From: Candidatus Hadarchaeota archaeon
GTDB taxonomy: Archaea; CAYQAE01; CAYVLA01
Direction of reading: 5' to 3'
DNA: 64,000 bases
Assembly: GCA_964621445.1 (NCBI GenBank)
Contig: CAZUNO010000002.1
Location: 32,001-96,000, forward strand
Of this stretch, positions 10,053-18,796 are shown one piece after another. A program made the position numbers and the translations under genes. The notes beneath the pieces were generated by a model. It ran no database searches. It was given only the letters and a program-made list of their open reading frames with translations, and had not been told where the DNA came from. Numbering within the stretch: position 1 is the stretch's first letter; every line of letters begins with the position of its first letter.

Positions 10053-10955
10053 TTATCTCTTTCCCCCCGGAAGTCCGACTTCATCCACATAATGCCTCCT
10101 TAAATTGGTCAAGGTTCCTGGTACCACCTCGTATTTCTCCTTTAACTCTCCCAGGTATCCGATTAGGTCCAGCAATGTTCTCGTATGGTCCGTATCCTCC
10201 CTGTCATACCGGTAACAATTATGGGTAAACAGGCATAGGCATTGGAAATCGGCGGACCTATCCTCCATTTCTCTCAGTGCCCGATTTACTATCGGCAGAT
10301 GCCATACATCGAACTCTCCGTGTTCTATTCGCAGCTCGTAAGGAAAGCCATTTGGATGGTGCCTGCTGGGGTCCGTGGTAACTGGAACTTCCAAGAAAGG
10401 CAGACCTCCCGCTTCCAGCCGGTTCTCCTCGTTGGTCCAGTGAGGATGACGGGAAGTATCCTTCCACTCGGCCGCAAAACATGGGACCTCCCTTCCCGGA
10501 TCCGAAACCGATCCTTGCTCAAATCCCAGGGAATAAAGAACGGGAAATGTATTGTCGTCGGCTGAGAAATTCCCGGGTCTAAAGGACTTCGGGGCCTTCC
10601 CAATTGCCTCCTGGAAAATCCTGCTGCCCTCCCCGATTATTTCCTTCTGGCCATGGTAATCATATTGACCTAGATAATTGGAATATTGGCCATTTCCCAT
10701 CGTCTGTGGGTGTATATGCAAACCCATCTCAACCCCCAGTTTTGAGAGTTCACGGAATAGCTCTGCCTGTCTCTGGGCACACTCCGGCGTTAAGAAAAGG
10801 GTGGGCGGAATCCCGGAATCAAGAAGTCGTTTGGAAAAGCCGTATATGGCCTTTTCGCTCCTATCCCAGCTTTCTGGTCCTCCGAGTTCATTGGGGAACT
10901 CCCCAACGCTTCGTTCACAGTCCATAGTGAACGCTATGTATAGCCTTGGAGCCAT
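10053..10955 (-). CDS. Polysaccharide deacetylase (NodB/CE4-like)
   Basis: AFTMDCE, EMGLHIHP, SFRPGNF, LEVPVT, FTHN. Confidence 0.8.
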   Translation of the reverse strand: MAPRLYIAFTMDCERSVGEFPNELGGPESWDRSEKAIYGFSKRLLDSGIPPTLFLTPECAQRQAELFRELSKLGVEMGLHIHPQTMGNGQYSNYLGQYDYHGQKEIIGEGSRIFQEAIGKAPKSFRPGNFSADDNTFPVLYSLGFEQGSVSDPGREVPCFAAEWKDTSRHPHWTNEENRLEAGGLPFLEVPVTTDPSRHHPNGFPYELRIEHGEFDVWHLPIVNRALREMEDRSADFQCLCLFTHNCYRYDREDTDHTRTLLDLIGYLGELKEKYEVVPGTLTNLRRHYVDEVGLPGGKR

Positions 10956-12278
10956 TCAAGCCCCCTCTTGGCAGTCATTACCGAAAAATATCTCACTTGA
11001 ATCAGCCTTTTCGGCAGTAATCCCACGCAGATGCCGGAAGTTTTTCCTCCTTGCGGCCTCTGCTCCATAGCTATATTTGGGAGGCTCCCGGGCCCGAGAT
11101 TCCCTTTCACAGGATATATTGGGGGAGCAATAATCAAATTCGTTATCCGATATCCAAATTTGTCTAGCCTCTGATTCAACTAAAATTCCTGTCTCATCGC
11201 CGCCAGCCATCCCGGAAATGGAGTTTTCCTGGATAGCGATATCATGGGCGGGTCCACATATCTGGATCTGGCTATCCCCTGACTTGAAGGAATTTCCCTC
11301 GATTTGGCACCTTCTCACAAGACAGGCATGCATTTCAACTGGTCTCTCCGTTTTTCGGAATATTATCCCTGGACCTCCGTTGCTTCCGATACTACAATTT
11401 TCGATCAGGTTATAGCAATCTCTGGTGCCAATGGATATGCCGGAGGAGAGATTACCTGTAAATTCACAATCCCGGACGGTGATATGATTGGCACGCACGC
11501 AGAAGAATAATCCATTTAAGTCATTATCTCTGGCCTTGCATTTCTCGAATAGCATCCCTGTACTCCCTGCACCTGGGTGGTAACCATTTCCAGCATTTTT
11601 TTCCAGGAGACAGTCACTTACCCTAACCCTGCTACACATCTGGAAACCAAATCCTTCCCCCTCAAATGCCCTTTCCTCGACTTTCTGAACTTCGATTTGA
11701 TGGCTTCGGAGGAAATAGACCGCGGCACCTCTACATGGACCTATCCCTGCTGGTTGTTCTTCCCTGTTTCCATCGATCACTAGATCGCTGACCTTGGCGT
11801 TTTCTATATCCAAACCATAGATGAGAGGGAATGCGGTCACCAATACTGGATTGAATCTTTTCTGATAGTCAGCATGCAGACCAGTGTCAATACCTATCCA
11901 ATTATCATCAACCCACGTAATGCGGCCGAAGGTCTCGTAAAAGCCCCGATGTTCATCGTCCCCTATAGTCACCGTCATACCAGGCTCAAGGCCTTTGGCA
12001 TCGATTAGAGGAACATCAAGCATTCCATAATTATGATACCCGGAGAGGGGATATATGGATCCTGGTGATTTCCTTAGAACCGTCTTTTTACCCTGACCCT
12101 GCAGAGTGGTGTTGGAACGCAATTCTATTCCCCTGTCGATTTCAAGATCCATCTCCGGCAAGATAACACGGCCTCCGGCCGGAGATATGCCATCGATTTC
12201 CTTTTGAATATCGGTTGCGGAGGTTACGTCCGATTTCCTTAACCTGACGGAATGCATTGGGTTACCCTCACACCTCAT
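10956..12278 (-). CDS. Right-handed parallel beta-helix (pectate-lyase-like) protein
   Basis: IQKEID...GGRVILP...LRSNTTLQGQG, DLVIDGNR and repeated C...N...G rungs. Confidence 0.8.
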   Translation of the reverse strand: MRCEGNPMHSVRLRKSDVTSATDIQKEIDGISPAGGRVILPEMDLEIDRGIELRSNTTLQGQGKKTVLRKSPGSIYPLSGYHNYGMLDVPLIDAKGLEPGMTVTIGDDEHRGFYETFGRITWVDDNWIGIDTGLHADYQKRFNPVLVTAFPLIYGLDIENAKVSDLVIDGNREEQPAGIGPCRGAAVYFLRSHQIEVQKVEERAFEGEGFGFQMCSRVRVSDCLLEKNAGNGYHPGAGSTGMLFEKCKARDNDLNGLFFCVRANHITVRDCEFTGNLSSGISIGTRDCYNLIENCSIGSNGGPGIIFRKTERPVEMHACLVRRCQIEGNSFKSGDSQIQICGPAHDIAIQENSISGMAGGDETGILVESEARQIWISDNEFDYCSPNISCERESRAREPPKYSYGAEAARRKNFRHLRGITAEKADSSEIFFGNDCQEGA

Positions 12279-12389
12279 CCCCCTTCCAACAAAAAGGTGT
12301 ATTCGACAATACGTCTCCTCTCCGATATTCAGAGGCAGATGGAATAGCGGTCAAACAAGGCAAACACTATATAGACTGGCATTACCGAA

Positions 12390-14291
12390 TTGAGATCGAT
12401 GGATATGATATTTCTCATTGAGGCCGGAATCCATTTTGCATCTGCCTCGTCTATTTTGTGGCTGCTTCCGTTCATTGTCCTCGCCCTTCATGATGCTTCC
12501 GCTGGTGTTCCATGGAACTCGATAAGTAAATGGAAAATAAGATTGACCGGAAATCCAACAGCTAGCGAGCAGTATGCTGCCATTGAGCTACAGCGCTTTC
12601 TGAATGAAGCAGGCCAGGTAAAGCTCCAAATACAAAATGAGCTCTCGGAGAAGGGCCCTGCCATATTCATAGGGCCTGATGCCGTATCCATGGCTGAAGA
12701 TATGGAGTTCAATATGGAGGATTTGGGCCCTGAGGATTTTCAGATCTCGGTTGATGAGACCGGGATCTTCATTGCTGGGGGCAGGCCCCGTGGCACGCTA
12801 TATGGAGTATATGCCTTTCTTGAGGATGCGCTTGGAATCCGTTTTCTTACCCCGGACCACACCTTTATTCCCCATATGGATAATCAAAAAGCGATTCCCC
12901 ATATGGATAAAAAGTTCTCACCGCCTTTCTCCTTCCGATGGAGCAGATTTGGCGAAATCCTGGAAGACCACCTCTTCGCTACCAGAATGCGCACCAATAC
13001 CGTTCAGGAAGAGGAAAAGCTTGGAGGCAAAACCCCGGTAAAACTGATTAACCACACATTTGGACAACTAATGCCCTGGTCTGAATACGGGGACGAGCAT
13101 CCCGAATATTACAACGAAATTGATGGTAAGCGGCCTAAAAATATCTGGCATGATCAATATGACCCGGGAGTCCAGCTCTGCACCACGAATCCTGATGTCA
13201 TCCGTATTGTCACGGAAAAGGTATTGCGGAAATTGGAAGAAACCCCTGACCTGGCCAACATCTCAGTTTCCCAAAATGACAACGGCCAATACTGTCAATG
13301 TGACCGATGTCGGGCCATAGATGAGAGAGAGGGATCCCATATGGGGTCCCTTCTGACCTTAGTGAATGTCGTTGCCGACGAGGTGGCAAAACGATATCCC
13401 GGTGTAATGGTGGGCACCCTGGCATATGCCTACTCAAGAAAGCCGCCCAAGAATATCAAGCCCAGACCCAACGTCCAAATCCAGCTCTGCAGTATAGAAT
13501 GCTGCCAAACCCATGCAATTGATGACCCGGACTGCCCCAAGAATCCTCCATTTTGCAAAGACCTAAAGAACTGGGGAAAGATCTGCGATAACGTATATGT
13601 CTGGGACTACGTGACCAACTTCCACAACTACCTTCTCCCCTGTCCAAATCTTCGTACATTGGGTAACAACGTGAGGTTCTTCCACCAGAACGGGGTTAGA
13701 GGATTGCACATGCAAGGGCCGGGGCCGGGAGCAGAGATGGGCGGACTTCGTAATTATATAATTAGCAATTTGATATGGGACCCATCTAAAGATGACGGAG
13801 TTCTTATGGATGAGTTCCTAAGGCTCCATTACGGCAAGGCCGCTGGTTTGGTAATGGATTATATTGATCTCATACACGACGCAGCGGAGGAGAACACCCA
13901 GCACCGTAACTGTTTCGGATCCGCATCAGAACATGGTTTGAACGCTGATCTGGGATGGAAAGGCCTGACTATTTTCCGGAAAGCGATTGATGAGGCGGAT
14001 TCAAGGGCTATCCAGGAAAGGCTGGAAAAGGCGTCCATTGGCTGTCACGCACTTATCGTGGAAAGCGTAGTGAGTCAGGCTTTCCAGAAGATACGAAGTC
14101 GAAAGAAAAATAGGGACAAAACGCCTTTTGTTCTTGATGTTCAAGCCAGGAAGATCCGTCCCTATTTGGGGCCGTTTTTCGATCTTTGTCGAAAGCACGA
14201 TATACCAAAGATGGGTGAATGGGCGACTTTGGACGAAGTTGAAGAGGTTGTCAGGGAGGGGTATAAAATGGAAGAGGGAGAATCATTCTAG
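12390..14291 (+). CDS. DUF4838-domain protein (GH20/GH67-like N-terminal domain)
   Basis: EQYAAIELQRFL, IAGGRPRGTLYGVYAFLE..LGIRFLTP, HPEYY, QLCTTNP, SVSQND...CQCDRC, TLAYAYSRKPP. Confidence 0.85.
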   Translation: MRSMDMIFLIEAGIHFASASSILWLLPFIVLALHDASAGVPWNSISKWKIRLTGNPTASEQYAAIELQRFLNEAGQVKLQIQNELSEKGPAIFIGPDAVSMAEDMEFNMEDLGPEDFQISVDETGIFIAGGRPRGTLYGVYAFLEDALGIRFLTPDHTFIPHMDNQKAIPHMDKKFSPPFSFRWSRFGEILEDHLFATRMRTNTVQEEEKLGGKTPVKLINHTFGQLMPWSEYGDEHPEYYNEIDGKRPKNIWHDQYDPGVQLCTTNPDVIRIVTEKVLRKLEETPDLANISVSQNDNGQYCQCDRCRAIDEREGSHMGSLLTLVNVVADEVAKRYPGVMVGTLAYAYSRKPPKNIKPRPNVQIQLCSIECCQTHAIDDPDCPKNPPFCKDLKNWGKICDNVYVWDYVTNFHNYLLPCPNLRTLGNNVRFFHQNGVRGLHMQGPGPGAEMGGLRNYIISNLIWDPSKDDGVLMDEFLRLHYGKAAGLVMDYIDLIHDAAEENTQHRNCFGSASEHGLNADLGWKGLTIFRKAIDEADSRAIQERLEKASIGCHALIVESVVSQAFQKIRSRKKNRDKTPFVLDVQARKIRPYLGPFFDLCRKHDIPKMGEWATLDEVEEVVREGYKMEEGESF

Positions 14292-14379
14292 ATACCGGGC
14301 TTACTTATCAGGCAAAAAATTGATCCTGCCAATTTATAGCACTAAAGTCCCCTCCACCTAGGTAGTTTTATGGAGTTCC

Positions 14380-15129
14380 GTGAAGTACATACCGATGTTA
14401 AGAGAAATCAGGCCTCTGCTCGGTTTCAGCGTTGAGGCCATGGATGGAGATATCGGGAGTGTAAGAGATTTTCTTTTCCAAGCTAATAATTGGGAGGTGA
14501 GATACCTCGTTGTTGATACGGGGAATTTCCTCTCCGGCCGCAATGTACTCATAATTCCCGAGGCCCTTGGAAAGCCCCAGGAGGATTCAGAGGTGTTCCC
14601 GGTCCAATTGACCAGGGAACAGATAGAGAACAGCCCCGATATGGATTGGGCAGAACCCGTATCCAAAGAGATGGAGGAGAATTTACGGCTCTATTTTGGC
14701 TTAAGGTTCTATTCAATCCCCCGGCAGGCCGAAGTCGCATTATTTCCAAAATCAATATCCGAGCAGGAAGAGGCACAGGAGAAACCGGATAGTGATGAAT
14801 CTAACATTCGGAGTCTGGACGAGGTGGAGGAATATTCCATACATGCCACCGATGGTAAAGTGGGCCATGTTGATGATTTCCTCGTGGATGATGATGCGTG
14901 GATGATCCGATATATGACCGTTGAAACGGGTAATTGGTTATCGGGTAAGACGGTGCTGATCTCCCCTAAATGGATAGATGGGGTAAGTTGGGTGAGGCGA
15001 GAGATCGATGTGGAACTTTCCCGTGAGGCGATTGAAAACAGTCCAGAATATGACCCGTCAAGCCCGGTGGATAGGGAATACGAAGCCAGGCTCCACGAGC
15101 ATTATGGAGTTCCAAAATATTGGTCCTAG
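14380..15129 (+). CDS. Tandem PRC-barrel-domain protein
   Basis: Two units of A.DG.IG.V.DF...W.VRY.VVDTG.WL.G..VLI.P ending in ENSP. Confidence 0.85.
   Translation: MKYIPMLREIRPLLGFSVEAMDGDIGSVRDFLFQANNWEVRYLVVDTGNFLSGRNVLIIPEALGKPQEDSEVFPVQLTREQIENSPDMDWAEPVSKEMEENLRLYFGLRFYSIPRQAEVALFPKSISEQEEAQEKPDSDESNIRSLDEVEEYSIHATDGKVGHVDDFLVDDDAWMIRYMTVETGNWLSGKTVLISPKWIDGVSWVRREIDVELSREAIENSPEYDPSSPVDREYEARLHEHYGVPKYWS
14617..14681 (+). repeat. 65-bp perfect direct repeat, copy 1 (copy 2 at 15499-15563)
   Basis: GAACAGATAGAGAACAGCCCCGATATGGATTGGGCAGAACCCGTATCCAAAGAGATGGAGGAGAA is identical in both PRC paralogs. Confidence 0.9.
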
Positions 15130-15276
15130 CCTCCAAGAATAGCGGAATGATTTACTGGAACTTCCGCATTGAATCCAGCAAATACATATTTGCCCTGCTC
15201 CTTTGGCCCGACAGGTCACTACATTCCCTTGGCTTCTCCGGATCCATTTTAAGAATAATCCAACATTTAGCAACTG

Positions 15277-16016
15277 ATGTTACAAAAAATCAAAGACCTA
15301 CGTCGATTTACGATTGAGGCAAAGGATGGTGAAATAGGGAGCATTCACGACTTCCTTTTTCAAGAGAATAACTGGTCCGTAAGATATGTGGTTGTGGATC
15401 CTAGAAAATACTTGCCGGGAAGAAAGGTTCTAATTATACCGGAGGCCCTGGGAAAGCCCGGTGTCAACCTTGAGGTCTTTCCGGTCATGTTGACCAATGA
15501 ACAGATAGAGAACAGCCCCGATATGGATTGGGCAGAACCCGTATCCAAAGAGATGGAGGAGAAGCTTCATACTTTTTTCGGTTGGCCGCCGTACTGGATT
15601 CCTGAGGAATCAGGAACCGCCGTTTTCCCCAAATCGGATTCCGGTGATAAGAAGAGAGAGGTTAGGGAGAAACCCGGAGAAGGAGAATCGAATCTCAGAA
15701 GCCTAAACGAAGTCGGTGATTACTCGTTCAACGCGATAGATGGAGATATAGGGGAAGTGAGCGACTTCGTGGTGGATGATGATGACTGGAAAATACGTTA
15801 TATGGTGGTCGACACCAGTGAATGGCTTCCGGGAGGGAGGTTATTATCTCGCCGGACTGGATCGATAGCATCAATTGGGCCGATAACAAGGTAGATGTCG
15901 ATCTAAGCCGTGAAGCGGTGAAGCAAAGCCCAGAATTTGACCCTGAAAAGCCCATAGGCAGAGAATATGAGGTTAAGCTCTACGAGCACTACAGAGAGCC
16001 CAAGTACTGGGTCTAG
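15277..16016 (+). pseudogene. Second PRC-barrel paralog split by a 1-nt frameshift near 15832 (pseudogene or sequencing error)
   Basis: ORF 15277-15894 matches the first paralog up to ...EWLPG. Homology (REVIISPDWID...PKYWV) continues in ORF 15822-16016. The sequence CCG GG AGG GAG GTT is one base short. Confidence 0.8.
15499..15563 (+). repeat. 65-bp perfect direct repeat, copy 2
   Basis: Identical to 14617-14681. Confidence 0.9.
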
Positions 16017-16081
16017 ACCCGGGGATCAAAAAAAGTAATGGCGGGAATCCAGTTATCAGCCCAGGCCAGGATGGTAAATCA

Positions 16082-17056
16082 ATGGCCTATTCGAACCTAC
16101 ATATCGAACATATCCAGAAGGTCTTCGATGACGGAAACCACAACGCCTTTACCGACCTCTGTAATTTCAAGGGTGACTACTACCTGACCTTCCGCAGTTG
16201 CCCGGATGGACACGGCGTTAACTCGACCTCAAGGATAATCATAATGTCCAGCAAAGAGGGTGAATCATGGAAGGAATCGTGCAGTTTCAAGGTCAACGAT
16301 CGCGATACACGTGATCCCCACTTCCTTTCCTTCAGGGACCATCTTTTCGTGTATACCGGTTGCTGGCAGGAACCCAAACCGGATGGTCAGCCCGATCTAA
16401 ACGATCAGCTAGGGTTTGCCGTCCATACCTCCGACGGCCGTATATGGAAGGGCCCGACCCTGCTGGAAGGAACCTACGGGCACTACATCTGGCGCGCGGC
16501 CAAATTTCATGGTAAGGCCTATCTTTGTGCCAGGAGAAAGAAAAAATTCGCGCCCTCTTTCCGTAGGGGAGAATCGCCGGAGGAAGTCCAGGCCACCTAT
16601 CTTGAAAGTAATAATGGACTGGTTTGGTCCTTTGGTGGCTATTTCGCCAAAACTATGGGTAACGAGACCGCCTTCCTTTTCGAGGAGGATGGATCCATGC
16701 TGGCCCTGGTTCGGGGCAGAGGAGATTTCCCGGCACGTATCTGCCGTTCGAATCCCCCTTATACCGAATGGACCAGGAAGGAACTTGAACAGAACGTCGG
16801 TGGCCCACTACTTGTCAGATGGGGCAATGAATATCTGGTCGGCGGGCGAAACACCACCGAACCAGGGAACCCAAAAACCACTCTTTATTGGCTGGTGGGA
16901 GAACACCTGGAGGAAGCCTTGGAACTCCCAAGCGCTGGAGACAACTCATATCCTGGATTTGTCTCCCTGGGCAAAGATAGCGCATTAATATCCTATTACT
17001 CGGCCCACGAGAACCGACAACCCTCAATTTATCTTGCCAAGGTTGTGAGGGGATAG
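16082..17056 (+). CDS. Sialidase-like (BNR/Asp-box) beta-propeller protein
   Basis: HNAFTDL, DTRDP, Asp-box-like SKEGESW / TSDGRIW / SNNGLVW, GDNSYPG, ISYYS. Confidence 0.7.
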   Translation: MAYSNLHIEHIQKVFDDGNHNAFTDLCNFKGDYYLTFRSCPDGHGVNSTSRIIIMSSKEGESWKESCSFKVNDRDTRDPHFLSFRDHLFVYTGCWQEPKPDGQPDLNDQLGFAVHTSDGRIWKGPTLLEGTYGHYIWRAAKFHGKAYLCARRKKKFAPSFRRGESPEEVQATYLESNNGLVWSFGGYFAKTMGNETAFLFEEDGSMLALVRGRGDFPARICRSNPPYTEWTRKELEQNVGGPLLVRWGNEYLVGGRNTTEPGNPKTTLYWLVGEHLEEALELPSAGDNSYPGFVSLGKDSALISYYSAHENRQPSIYLAKVVRG

Positions 17057-17173
17057 GGAAAGTTTTCTTAGTTTGGTTATGGTTCCCTAATAGGACTAGA
17101 TGGTTTACGTCTTCACCCAAAAATAACTGGGCGAAAACCCAGCTTGCAGGGATTCTAAGGAGGAACCAGCAGG

Positions 17174-18796
17174 ATGAGTAACGATAAAAAAACTAATTTT
17201 CTGTGGATATCATTTGAGGATACCAACCCCTTCTACGGTTGTTACGGTGACCACATCGCCCGCACTCCAAATCTTGATCGTCTTGCAGACGAGGGCTGCA
17301 TATGGACCAACGCATTCTCCACCGCGGGCGTTTGTGCACCCGCCCGCTCGGCCATAATAACCGGAATGTACCCCACCTCCATGGGCACTCATCACATGCG
17401 AACTACACATACCAACGAATTCGCTCCCGAATTACCCACCCCATACTCAGCCGTAGTTCCCCATTACGTAACCTGTTTCACCGAGTACCTGCGTGCAGCC
17501 GGTTACTACTGCACAAATAACGTTAAAACCGATTACCAGTTCGATCCCCCCTTAACGGCCTGGGATGAATTGAGCAAAAACGGACACTGGCGTAATCGTC
17601 CAGATACCGAGCAACCTTTTTTCTCGGTATTCAACCTGGGACGCACCCATGAAAGTGGCATGTGGCCAGAGAAATGCCCCGAAATAGCTTTTGACCCCGA
17701 TAAAATGGAATTGCCACCATATTTCCCGGACACGCCTAAGGTCCGCAGGGCCATGGCCCGAATGTATACCAACATCGAGCAGAACGACCGGGTTCTCGGG
17801 GATCTACTAGAACAACTTGAGGAAGACGGTCTGGCCGAGAATACGATAGTGTTTCACTGGAGCGATCACGGACCTCTGCCACGAGGCAAACGCTGGCCCT
17901 ATGATTCCGGTATCCGCATTCCAATGATAATCCGCTGGCCAGGTAGACTGGAACCCGGAAGCGTGAATGAGAATCTGGTTAGCACCATTGACCTCGGTCC
18001 CACTGTACTATCACTCGCCGAAATCGATATACCCTGGCATATGCAGGGGAAAGCATTTCTGGGATCACAAACCGGACCTAGCCGGGACTACATCTTTGCC
18101 AGCCGCGACCGGTATGACGAGTCCTATGACATGGTACGGGCCGTCCGGGACAAGCGCTTCAAGTACATCCGGAACTACTATCCTAACAAACCATACCTGC
18201 TCTGGATACCATACAGGAACAGGCATCCCATAGTACAGGAAATGTGGCGTTTGCACCTTGAGGACAAGCTAGAAGGAGCACAACGCCTGATGTTTCGGTC
18301 CCGGCCAGTAGAGGAACTCTATGATACACGACAGGATCCTCATGAAATTCATAATCTGGCGGATAACCCTGAATACCAACCGGAACTCAGGAGACTTCGT
18401 GAAGCCCTGGATGCTTGGATAAATGAGGTAGGGGACATGGGAGAAATCCCGGAAGAGGAGATGATACGCCGTTGGTACCCGACTGGGGAAAAACCACGCA
18501 CCGCGCCACCATTATTTATTCCTATCACTAAGGATAACCCAGGGAAGGACCCAGCCCCACGTGGGGGAGAATATCAAGGGCCTTTTCTCATTCAGATCTA
18601 TTGTGCCACGCAGGGGGCCTCTATCGCCTATACATTTGATCAGGATGATAACCCCCATTGGCTGCTCTATACAAAACCAATTCGATTACCAGAGGGCGAG
18701 AACAGGCTGAGAGCTAAAGCAATTCGAATTGGGTACACAGAAAGCACGGAAAGAGCGGCAACCTTTTCCGTATCTAACCACGGATTGCCAGCTTAA
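17174..18796 (+). CDS. Cys-type (formylglycine) sulfatase with a C-terminal chitobiase/Fn3-associated domain
   Basis: TPNLDRLA, CAPARSAIITG (CxPxR), SDHG, EELYD..DPHE..NLA; C-terminal TQGASIAYT...LRAKAIRIGY. Confidence 0.92.
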   Translation: MSNDKKTNFLWISFEDTNPFYGCYGDHIARTPNLDRLADEGCIWTNAFSTAGVCAPARSAIITGMYPTSMGTHHMRTTHTNEFAPELPTPYSAVVPHYVTCFTEYLRAAGYYCTNNVKTDYQFDPPLTAWDELSKNGHWRNRPDTEQPFFSVFNLGRTHESGMWPEKCPEIAFDPDKMELPPYFPDTPKVRRAMARMYTNIEQNDRVLGDLLEQLEEDGLAENTIVFHWSDHGPLPRGKRWPYDSGIRIPMIIRWPGRLEPGSVNENLVSTIDLGPTVLSLAEIDIPWHMQGKAFLGSQTGPSRDYIFASRDRYDESYDMVRAVRDKRFKYIRNYYPNKPYLLWIPYRNRHPIVQEMWRLHLEDKLEGAQRLMFRSRPVEELYDTRQDPHEIHNLADNPEYQPELRRLREALDAWINEVGDMGEIPEEEMIRRWYPTGEKPRTAPPLFIPITKDNPGKDPAPRGGEYQGPFLIQIYCATQGASIAYTFDQDDNPHWLLYTKPIRLPEGENRLRAKAIRIGYTESTERAATFSVSNHGLPA

